Below are positions 16,761 to 24,572 of a DNA stretch of 39,322 nt, one piece after another. A program made the translations under genes and the position numbers. Source of the DNA: a virus (lineage: Duplodnaviria > Caudoviricetes); IMG/VR virus record IMGVR_UViG_3300006735_000076, positions 1 through 39,322 of that record. One strand, 5' to 3'. Positions within the stretch are counted from its first letter, which is position 1, and every line of letters starts with the position of its first letter. The notes below the pieces were generated by a model. It saw nothing but the letters and a program-made list of their open reading frames with translations. It had not been told where the DNA came from and did no database searches.

Positions 16761-17855
16761 ATGCACATGACTTTTGATTTTCCAAGAGAAGTATTAGAAC
16801 TAAGCACAGAGAAGGGCAAAGGCTTCAGAAAACTAGTATCAGACACTGTTCAGTTTGAAAGGTACTGGGCTGGTAAAAACGGCGTATCTAATGCCTATAT
16901 GACAGTCTATGGTTACCGTGCTACCGAAGCACCCAATCACAGGAGAGTCAACCTACAAACACCTATCATCAGGCACTTTGTACTCGATTTCGATCCCAAG
17001 GACTTTACTAATCCTAAGCGACCTGATGTACCACTTGAAGTACCTCTGAATCAGACACTGAAGTTACACCAAGAGTTACTAAAGAATGACATAGAGCATG
17101 GTGTGTGGTTTAGTGGGGGTGGCTTCCACATATGGATAGCACTATCGGAGATATACACACCTGCCAGCGGCTCACATCTGTCGGCAATCAGAGAAGCAGG
17201 TATGAAACGAGTCAATGACTGGATAAAAGATTTAGATTTGTTTTGTTCAGACCCCGCTGTACCATTTGATACAAGTGGACTCATTCGCATTCCTAATTCC
17301 TACAATGCCAAGCGTGGATATTGGAGTATTCCTCTGAAAACAGAGGATTTACAAAATGGAGTAGACCATATTTTAGAACAGGCCCTTGATGCAACAAGCG
17401 GTGTCATTTCTTATGGTTCCAAAGGTGTAAAACTCAAAGTGAAGAAGCCGGGGGAAAAGAAGGGGGTGTTCCAAAAGAATACTGCTCCTCTCGATCTACC
17501 GACTCTCAAAATGGATGGAGTAATCATACTCCCCTGTCTAAACCAAGCCGCCTGTCAAGTGGGCGGGAACCCTAGTCACGATGCAAGGGTACAGTTAGTA
17601 AAGTATCTAGCAAAGCGTTTGCGGCACTTCTTACCACTTGACAAGTTCTCACCCGATGTACTACAAGGTCATACAGAGAAGATTGTTTCGTTTATCAAGA
17701 GTCTTCAGTGGGCTGACTTTGACGAAGGGGTAACTAGATACCAAGTACGGACTATTGTGGGTAAAGACTATCCTCAAACCTGTAAGATGCTATGGTCTAA
17801 GGGTCTATGCATGGGTAAGTGTCGATACTGGGACAAAACGGGGGCTGTAGAATGA
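16761..17855 (+). CDS. archaeo-eukaryotic primase, PriS catalytic domain fused to a PriL Fe-S domain
   Basis: LDFD, SGGGFH, D...LIRIPNS; C-terminal LPCL, H.AR..L, YP.TC..L...GLC...C. Confidence 0.88.
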   Translation: MHMTFDFPREVLELSTEKGKGFRKLVSDTVQFERYWAGKNGVSNAYMTVYGYRATEAPNHRRVNLQTPIIRHFVLDFDPKDFTNPKRPDVPLEVPLNQTLKLHQELLKNDIEHGVWFSGGGFHIWIALSEIYTPASGSHLSAIREAGMKRVNDWIKDLDLFCSDPAVPFDTSGLIRIPNSYNAKRGYWSIPLKTEDLQNGVDHILEQALDATSGVISYGSKGVKLKVKKPGEKKGVFQKNTAPLDLPTLKMDGVIILPCLNQAACQVGGNPSHDARVQLVKYLAKRLRHFLPLDKFSPDVLQGHTEKIVSFIKSLQWADFDEGVTRYQVRTIVGKDYPQTCKMLWSKGLCMGKCRYWDKTGAVE

Positions 17856-18121
17856 AGAAGAAAACACTGTATATGTCTCGTATAATTAGAGTATTTGAAG
17901 CAGAGAAGGGTGCACTCAGTACTAACGAAATATACGATATGTTACTTTCACAAAGGTCACATAATGGTAGACCCTATAGTAAAAGCCCCGGAAAAATGAC
18001 ATTGACACAGATTTTGAGCAAGTGTCCTGAATTCAAAAAAGTAGGACATCGTAGCAGAACAAAGAATGGTAACCGTGAAAGGATCGGTGTGTGGAAATTA
18101 GCAGAAGAGGGAAGTCCATGA
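17852..18121 (+). CDS. putative winged-helix DNA-binding protein
   Basis: LSTNEIYDML...LTQILSK..EFKKVG...W; basic; ATGA-coupled. Confidence 0.65.
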   Translation: MKKKTLYMSRIIRVFEAEKGALSTNEIYDMLLSQRSHNGRPYSKSPGKMTLTQILSKCPEFKKVGHRSRTKNGNRERIGVWKLAEEGSP

Positions 18122-18336
18122 AGCAACACACATTTCATGGTGCAGAATGCAGCATATGTAAAAGAAGCATCAAGACCAATAATAAGTCTAAAAGAAGCAT
18201 ATGTTTCAGGTGTAACAACAAGGCACCGCCTGACAAATATAGGTGCAAAGGAATGAATTCTAAAGGAAATCGCTGCGGACAATGGGCCAAGGTAGATAAG
18301 GAGCATTGTGCCCATCATGATTCCAAGGGGGAGTAG
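18118..18336 (+). CDS. basic double Zn-finger protein
   Basis: CSIC...CFRC plus RCKG...KG.RC...C..H. Confidence 0.75.
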   Translation: MKQHTFHGAECSICKRSIKTNNKSKRSICFRCNNKAPPDKYRCKGMNSKGNRCGQWAKVDKEHCAHHDSKGE

Positions 18337-18340
18337 ACTC

Positions 18341-18451
18341 ATGTGGAAGGTAATACAATTTGTCGAAGCGTTGCTTCTGATAGTGGTATTGGTACCCATT
18401 CTATTGATTTTATATCCTTTACACATAGTTAATGAGAAGGTGTTTGGATGA
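18341..18451 (+). CDS. 36-aa single-pass membrane protein; not in ORF track
   Basis: MWKVIQFVEALLLIVVLVPILLILYPLHIVNEKVFG*; GGGGAG RBS; stop overlaps the next ATG. Confidence 0.7.
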   Translation: MWKVIQFVEALLLIVVLVPILLILYPLHIVNEKVFG

Positions 18452-19164
18452 CTAAGGTACCATTAATTATTGACTCTAATGAAAGAGGGCCGCTGAAAGA
18501 TGCCATCGTTAGGGCAGCAGAAAGACAGGGCATTCCTATCAAACAAGAGTTCCTACAGGGCATGGGGGATTACAAAGCAGGGGATGGGCACATAGAGTGC
18601 AAAAGTATCTCTGATTTGTTTCAATCTACCTATTCAGGGCACCTGATGAGACAAATGGAAAACCTAGACGCTAATTGTCAGCGAGTTTTCTTAGTGATAC
18701 ATGGAGATCTAGCGAAGTATGTCAAAATATCAAATAACCAAGGTAGAAAAACCACCTATTCCAAGGCCCTCAACACATTAACCGGAGTCATTGCTCGCAT
18801 TATGGCTGACTTCGATTGTCATGTTTGGCGGGCTAACAATTACAGTGAGGCGGCTATGTTCGTCACCAAATTACATTCCAAACTACATACCTCTGCATCA
18901 AGTCATGGTGCAAAGGCAATCACTAGAGTCAGCACCAATGATATTAGGGCTGATATGTTACTTTCTATACCCGGATTCGGGCAAGACCTAGTAGAAAAAT
19001 TACTAGATAAATGTGGCTCTATTGAAGAGATGTTACATGTCGAATCCATTAAACAGGTGAGAGGAATGGGTTCAGTTCTGCGCCAGCGATTAGTTGAGGT
19101 TTTAACTAGCGAAGAACCAGTAAAGGTAGAGAGAAAATACAGTAAACGGAGAGGAAAGATATGA
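18448..19164 (+). CDS. ERCC4/XPF-family structure-specific nuclease with HhH motifs
   Basis: IIDSNE, GDY, IECKSISDL (ERKxxxD variant), Q...L; IPGFG and VRGMG HhH motifs. Confidence 0.88.
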   Translation: MTKVPLIIDSNERGPLKDAIVRAAERQGIPIKQEFLQGMGDYKAGDGHIECKSISDLFQSTYSGHLMRQMENLDANCQRVFLVIHGDLAKYVKISNNQGRKTTYSKALNTLTGVIARIMADFDCHVWRANNYSEAAMFVTKLHSKLHTSASSHGAKAITRVSTNDIRADMLLSIPGFGQDLVEKLLDKCGSIEEMLHVESIKQVRGMGSVLRQRLVEVLTSEEPVKVERKYSKRRGKI

Positions 19165-20564
19165 TTGAGCACAGCGTAGAGCACTATGAATGCATGCAGA
19201 AATACCCTATTTTGAGAGGATATTTAGAACACTTTAGAGAAGTATCAAAAGACAACGAAATACCCGGCCTACTATCATTTTTCTTTATTCTAGGGCAGAC
19301 TGCTCTACCATTTGTAAGAGTACCAATTGGTGCCTCTAACATCGATCCAAGGGTGAGTGTGTTTTGGATTCAAGACACTAGGACTGGTAAATCAGTGGCG
19401 TTTGAAATCATACAGCGTGTAATGACATCTGCTGGCTTAGATTGCGTTGATTATACAACTGGTACTGACTCCGCTATGGTCGGCTCTTGGAGTCGGGACG
19501 AAGATGGCACATTGCACCAAACACCGGGGGTGTTAGCGGGAGCAAAGGGGATGAACTTCGATGAAGGTTCCATTATCCTAAAACCCACCCAGCACTCAGA
19601 ACAAACTGTTTTGTTTTTACAATCGGCATTGAATTCTGCTGGAACTGGTAGAAACATATTGACCAAGCACATGAAAGATGGTACAATTACCATCGAGTCT
19701 TTAGTGTCACTTTGGATTACAACATTCCCTCCACAGGGTATCAAAGAGCATGTACTTGACAAGGGTATTTTCCAAAGAGTACTAGTTTATTGGAGGCACT
19801 GGACTCTTGAGATGAAAAGAAACATTGCTCACGAATTAGCAGACTCTGTACACAACCATGTTGACTTTGAAGTATCATACGACGAAGTAGTTGACTTCTT
19901 TAAAGACTTGAAGGACAACTTGCAAGCAAGGGTATGTGACTTAGCCGGAATTAGTGCAGATGAGTGGGGTAATTCTACTCGTGAGATGCAAGAAGGATGG
20001 ACTAAGGCGGTAATGTACGATATGTTCACCTTAGATGCCACCTATCGATCTGCTCTACATCAGGCAATTGATGATTATTACGACTTAGTAGAAAACATGG
20101 ACCCTAAGAAGCAGGGTGTATGTGCATCATTCATTATGGGTCTACAGAATTACACCAATGTATTAGCCCACCATATGGCTATGTTGGAAGGTACTTGGGT
20201 GGTCACTGGAGACCATGTAGATATGGCTAAAGAGATTCTATACGACCTGTATCACAATCTAATTGACTGGCTGGAATCAGAGGTCAAGGTAGGCATGGCT
20301 AATGCTACTAAGCGTAAGATGCAGGCTAGTTGGAAAGGCGCTTATTGGCGCTGCGAGCAATATGATTTCAATGACAACCGAGGGCCGGGATGGGTCAAGA
20401 AGGCTAAGGTTATGGAAATGTTCGGCAAGAGTGAGAATCTAAGCAGTAAACCGGGCATTAATAACAAATACAATGAATCGGGGAAAAGTCTGTTTGAGGA
20501 AACCCGTGATGGGAAAAGTAAGTATGTCAGATTGCTCAAAGAGCATAGAAGTAAGGGGGATTAA
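19161..20564 (+). CDS. divergent MCM-like AAA+ ATPase (putative replicative helicase)
   Basis: Walker A QDTRTGKS, T..AMVG, PGVL, Walker B FDEG, LQSALN, ITI hairpin, FQR finger, V...HV..A. Confidence 0.7.
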   Translation: MIEHSVEHYECMQKYPILRGYLEHFREVSKDNEIPGLLSFFFILGQTALPFVRVPIGASNIDPRVSVFWIQDTRTGKSVAFEIIQRVMTSAGLDCVDYTTGTDSAMVGSWSRDEDGTLHQTPGVLAGAKGMNFDEGSIILKPTQHSEQTVLFLQSALNSAGTGRNILTKHMKDGTITIESLVSLWITTFPPQGIKEHVLDKGIFQRVLVYWRHWTLEMKRNIAHELADSVHNHVDFEVSYDEVVDFFKDLKDNLQARVCDLAGISADEWGNSTREMQEGWTKAVMYDMFTLDATYRSALHQAIDDYYDLVENMDPKKQGVCASFIMGLQNYTNVLAHHMAMLEGTWVVTGDHVDMAKEILYDLYHNLIDWLESEVKVGMANATKRKMQASWKGAYWRCEQYDFNDNRGPGWVKKAKVMEMFGKSENLSSKPGINNKYNESGKSLFEETRDGKSKYVRLLKEHRSKGD

Positions 20565-20565
20565 A

Positions 20566-20727
20566 ATGGAAAAAAACTGTTCTCTTTGTCATGCTAAGTT
20601 TGAGTACAAAGATGAAGGTATAAGTGGGTACTTCGGTCTATTGAAAGTAGATTTTTGCGACTTCTGCCTTGCCTGTATGGGCGCTATGCATGAAAGCCTC
20701 AAGGTTTTACTAGGTGAAGAGGAATGA
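20566..20727 (+). CDS. 53-aa Zn-finger protein
   Basis: ATG 20566 after AGGGGGA; CSLC...FCDFC; ends GEEE*. Confidence 0.75.
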   Translation: MEKNCSLCHAKFEYKDEGISGYFGLLKVDFCDFCLACMGAMHESLKVLLGEEE

Positions 20728-21278
20728 AAGGCAAGCACTTTGTCGTGTTCGCCTATGGTAGTGAATTTTCACATATGGTGAATGCCCCCGAAGTGGTAAT
20801 TGTCACTAGTGATGATTACTTATCGGTATACACTAGTCACCGATCTTATATCAATTCAAAGCCAATTTCTTATTCAAAAATACAAGACGAAATGGCCTAT
20901 ATCGTAGATAATGGAGGTATATTGGTCCTAAAGAATACTCAGCCCTATGGCCTGAATACTTCTTGGACAGGTATAGACAAAGGTAGTCCTAGTGATATGG
21001 TTGACCATATTGAAAGGCATATCATGGATATAGATTTAGAGATAAAGCGTATTTCGGAACAGCAATTAAATCTAAACGATTTAGATTTGGAGTATTCCCT
21101 GCATACAGAAATGTATGCCCCTATTTGGCAGAAGGGCAGTGAACTGTCAATAATTAAGCACTGCATCGATGATGCGAATATCATACTCACCCTAGTACAG
21201 CGCTGTAGTAGCGCAGGTGATATAAGGGTGAGACTAAGAGACAAGGGAGTACCAAAGGAGTATGATGTAGAATGGTAA
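20724..21278 (+). CDS. hypothetical protein, possibly a degenerate RNase H-like (YprB/DEDD) exonuclease
   Basis: C-terminal APIWQKG....IIKHCIDD resembles A..W..G....L..YC..D; the N-terminal D-x-E motif is absent. Confidence 0.45.
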   Translation: MKGKHFVVFAYGSEFSHMVNAPEVVIVTSDDYLSVYTSHRSYINSKPISYSKIQDEMAYIVDNGGILVLKNTQPYGLNTSWTGIDKGSPSDMVDHIERHIMDIDLEIKRISEQQLNLNDLDLEYSLHTEMYAPIWQKGSELSIIKHCIDDANIILTLVQRCSSAGDIRVRLRDKGVPKEYDVEW

Positions 21279-22771
21279 ACAACGGAGATCAACAACAAAC
21301 AGCACAGAGCCTAAACATTCGTGCTGCGAAAGCAATCGCAGACACGGTTAGAAGTACGCTAGGTCCAGCGGGAATGGACAAGATGATGGTCGATGGAGGT
21401 GGCAATGTCATTGTAACAAATGACGGCGCTACTATCCTTCAATCACTAGATGTATCACATCCGGGCGCTAAGATGATAATTGAAGCGGCTAACACTCAAG
21501 AGAGTATGTGTTACGATGGTACGACCAGCACAGTAGTATTAGCAGGGCAACTGCTGAGCAATACTGAATCACTATTTGAAAAGGGCCTACACCCTAATGT
21601 TATCTGTAAAGGTTACAGACAAGCAGCACAGTGGGCTACTGAACACATTCCAAGCCTAGCAGAATCTGCCAAGCCTCACTTGAGGCATGTAGCGCAGACA
21701 TCGATTACAGGTAAGTCATTGGAATCCGCTATGGAACATGTCAGTGAACTATGTGTTAAGGCGGCAGAATTGGCAGGTGGCGATTTTGAGCGCATCCGTG
21801 TCCTGTGTCAGCCCGGTGGAGGCTTAGAAGATTCGACATGCTTCTCAGGTGTAGTATTACACAAGGAATTCATGTTACCTGCTATGCCTCTCACACCTGA
21901 AGGCAAGGTACTACTAATCAACACTGGACTCAGTAACAAAAAGAATGAGGACAATGTACAAGTGTCACTTGGATCTGCTGCTGAGTATCAACAATACCAG
22001 CAGACTACAACTAGGGATATTTGGGTCAAGAAAGCAGAGTCTATCATCGAGCGCCTACCTAATGGTGGTGCAGTATTGGTCAGAGACCATGTAAACGAGG
22101 TAGTTGCGGCTACTTTGGCTAAGGCCAATATCAGCGTAGTTCAGCGTTTACCTGAAAGTGATATATCTGCTCTAGGGTTACTACTAAACACCTCTGCGGC
22201 TCACACTGTTGAGGACTTAGGGGATGCAGTAGATGCAGACATCGAGTGTACTACTATCGGTGACATGAAGTATGTCGTCGTCAAGGGCACAGGTGAAGTC
22301 ACTACTCTTATCCTAAGAGGTGCTACTAAGCAAACACTAGATGAGACCGAGCGTGGATTTGAAGATGCTCTCGGAGTCGTATGTGTAGCCTATAACACCC
22401 TCAAGGTCGTACCGGGCGGCGGTGCCGCATATCTCAACTCTGCTATCAATCTAAGAAGCAGGGCAGCAGAGATTGGTGGTCGTGCTCAGATGGCAATTGA
22501 TGCCTTTGCAGATGCATTGGAATCGATACCTTCTACCATTGCAGAGAATGCAGGTCACGACCCACTAGACATCGTACTGGCGCTCAGGAATGAGCACTTG
22601 TCGGGTAACATCGATTATGGGCCTAACATCGAAGATGGAGGCACCTGCTCAATGAAGGATGCCAATGTATGGGAACCTCTCAGCCTAGTCAAGCAGGCGA
22701 TTCAGTCTGCTAGCGAAGTCACTATCAGTATACTACGCATCGATGACATCATCGGTAAGCGTGGCGAGTGA
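21272..22771 (+). CDS. ths: group II chaperonin (thermosome-like)
   Basis: STLGPAGMDKM, VTNDGATIL, HPGAKMI, YDGTTS, LILRG, EDAL, VPGGGA, IAENAG, ILRIDD; helical-protrusion (lid) segment present. Confidence 0.95.
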   Translation: MVNNGDQQQTAQSLNIRAAKAIADTVRSTLGPAGMDKMMVDGGGNVIVTNDGATILQSLDVSHPGAKMIIEAANTQESMCYDGTTSTVVLAGQLLSNTESLFEKGLHPNVICKGYRQAAQWATEHIPSLAESAKPHLRHVAQTSITGKSLESAMEHVSELCVKAAELAGGDFERIRVLCQPGGGLEDSTCFSGVVLHKEFMLPAMPLTPEGKVLLINTGLSNKKNEDNVQVSLGSAAEYQQYQQTTTRDIWVKKAESIIERLPNGGAVLVRDHVNEVVAATLAKANISVVQRLPESDISALGLLLNTSAAHTVEDLGDAVDADIECTTIGDMKYVVVKGTGEVTTLILRGATKQTLDETERGFEDALGVVCVAYNTLKVVPGGGAAYLNSAINLRSRAAEIGGRAQMAIDAFADALESIPSTIAENAGHDPLDIVLALRNEHLSGNIDYGPNIEDGGTCSMKDANVWEPLSLVKQAIQSASEVTISILRIDDIIGKRGE

Positions 22772-23011
22772 TTATTGCCTAGAAGCAGTAACTAATTCTC
22801 TAGCAAAGCGCCCGTAGGGAAACCTGCGGGCCTTGCTAGACTTAGATCGAGGCAGGGACTTATCACCCAACTTACACATATGCCCGCAAAGAGGACATTC
22901 CTGAATTGCCGTACCTTTGCCGGAAAAGTAAACGCCCTTTATTACAAGGGGTATGCTTTTCTCTTCGCAACTGACGCATTCTATCCTCAAAGCGGCGAGT
23001 AATTTCCCCAT
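22772..23011 (-). CDS. 79-aa Zn-ribbon protein
   Basis: Likely ATG at 23011 just after the upstream stop (MGKLLAAL...); CVSC...CPLCG. Confidence 0.7.
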   Translation of the reverse strand: MGKLLAALRIECVSCEEKSIPLVIKGVYFSGKGTAIQECPLCGHMCKLGDKSLPRSKSSKARRFPYGRFARELVTASRQ

Positions 23012-23015
23012 AGTA

Positions 23016-24218
23016 TCAAGCCTGTAAGAATAGTAGGTGCCAATCGGTACCATCGTATGCGAATCTAGCATACTTACCATTGGCTATGTTGATAGCGGCA
23101 GCGCTAGAAGTTTTATCGTCACTTTTAGCAGTAAATACTGCATTGTAAGAGTTAGCAGTAGATATGTTCCTAATCTCAAGTACATAGCCGGGGGGAAAAG
23201 TCCCACTTGGGGTAAGTGTAGCATGTGCACTTCCCCCATTAGCATTGATTAACCATATGTTCGCTTGGTCGAAAGTGAAACTGGTATTAGCGGTTATTAT
23301 CTTGACTTCATCAGGCCCTAACCTATGAGTGTGCATGGCCTTAGTGCCATTCAGTGTATTAGATGCTGCGTAAAAGAGCATGGCATTAGATTCAGTTGTA
23401 TGGCTTTGCCAAATAGCACCAAATTCACTATTAGTCAAATCGCTACTTTCAGGAGAGCCATACATTGCCGCAAGATCGGTATGGTGAGTAATCTTGTTAT
23501 TAGCATGACCTAAGTCAGTACCACCTGTGCTCATAGTCCTAGTACCCTTAGACATGTGCTGAAGATACATAGGGCTGGTTCTGATGAATACCCTTCTATC
23601 ATGCAATATAGGTGTAGCGCTCAAAGAAGCAGTTACATTTGCAGTACCTGCCGTCATTGTATAGCGCAATACACCTAGTACAATCGATTGATGATTCTTA
23701 CGAGTATTGCCGATGGCTGGATCGGTCAAAAAGCCAGCAGGTATGAGTGGCGTACCTACACTAGGGGCCACTGGGGTACCTACTTCGTACCTTATTCTAG
23801 TAGTAGTTCCGCTATCAGAGCATATGTAGATTACAACAAATACATCGCTGGTGGCAGTAGGTACGGCTGGCAATTCGCCATTAAAATTAGCAGTACCAGT
23901 AGCACCAATTGTGATTTGTTGAGTAGCACCAATTCCTCCAGCAAACTTATACAATGCTCCATCAAGTACACACCACCCTCCATGAATAGTAACCACACCT
24001 GATGATGCTGTTTCAATATAACCGGGGGTTGCAGTAGAAATAGCATTCCTATTACTATCACCAACGGCGCTATCTAGTAATCTAATAATGCCGTTACCAT
24101 GTATGCCTTCATATGGGTTAGTTAAACTCGGAGATGATAGCCCATCTCCATCTCTTAGCCCTTCAGCACTAGTGCTCATTCCGGCTGCGCTTGTATGTCC
24201 TGCTTTTGGATTCGTCAT
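23016..24218 (-). CDS. putative virion/tail protein (400 aa)
   Basis: G/T/S/A-rich beta protein; G.CVLDG..Y and DRRVF motifs; C-terminal YDGTDW typical of tail-fibre-associated domains; GAGGTGA RBS. Confidence 0.6.
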   Translation of the reverse strand: MTNPKAGHTSAAGMSTSAEGLRDGDGLSSPSLTNPYEGIHGNGIIRLLDSAVGDSNRNAISTATPGYIETASSGVVTIHGGWCVLDGALYKFAGGIGATQQITIGATGTANFNGELPAVPTATSDVFVVIYICSDSGTTTRIRYEVGTPVAPSVGTPLIPAGFLTDPAIGNTRKNHQSIVLGVLRYTMTAGTANVTASLSATPILHDRRVFIRTSPMYLQHMSKGTRTMSTGGTDLGHANNKITHHTDLAAMYGSPESSDLTNSEFGAIWQSHTTESNAMLFYAASNTLNGTKAMHTHRLGPDEVKIITANTSFTFDQANIWLINANGGSAHATLTPSGTFPPGYVLEIRNISTANSYNAVFTAKSDDKTSSAAAINIANGKYARFAYDGTDWHLLFLQA

Positions 24219-24571
24219 GAATTCACCTCAATAATTGCTGAGAAAACGATTTCGTTATCGTTAGTCTTAGTAATTGAGTCGTATGTGTACCTTGCTATGG
24301 CAGTAACATCTGTCGCATCGCTAGGGTTCTTGTATTGTATTACTACTTCTTTTAGTGTATTGTTGAATGAACTACTAAGTGGTATTTTGGCTTCAACGGA
24401 TAGACTATGTTCGTCCAATACCCTCACGGTAGGTGTAACTACAATCGCCGGTTGAGCGGCCCCTGTATCATCCTGTGTTGCTAGTGTTCCACCAAAACCG
24501 AATACTACTTCGTTTATTCTCGCCTTTAGCGTGTCTATCATAAATCTATTTGCTTCGTTTAATAATGGCAT
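24215..24571 (-). CDS. putative tail/baseplate protein (118 aa)
   Basis: G.GGT.AT..DT, L.EV.I, AR.T...I.KT...E pattern seen in tail-collar/baseplate proteins; AGGAGG RBS. Confidence 0.55.
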   Translation of the reverse strand: MPLLNEANRFMIDTLKARINEVVFGFGGTLATQDDTGAAQPAIVVTPTVRVLDEHSLSVEAKIPLSSSFNNTLKEVVIQYKNPSDATDVTAIARYTYDSITKTNDNEIVFSAIIEVNS

Positions 24572-24572
24572 A

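Noticed and set aside
9197-20564. Inteins or introns in RFC, PolB or the MCM-like gene
   Set aside because: Motif spacing and lengths are compact; no intein splice motifs or homing-endonuclease insert seen.
95-21298. Numerous minus-strand ORFs in the track opposite the + block
   Set aside because: They are antisense shadows of tightly coupled + genes, with no RBS and Ser/Leu/Phe-rich composition.
1-22771. Cellular archaeal chromosome rather than virus
   Set aside because: Divergent single-copy replication genes packed with micro-ORFs next to tail-like genes, and no housekeeping metabolic or translation genes; an integrated provirus cannot be excluded.
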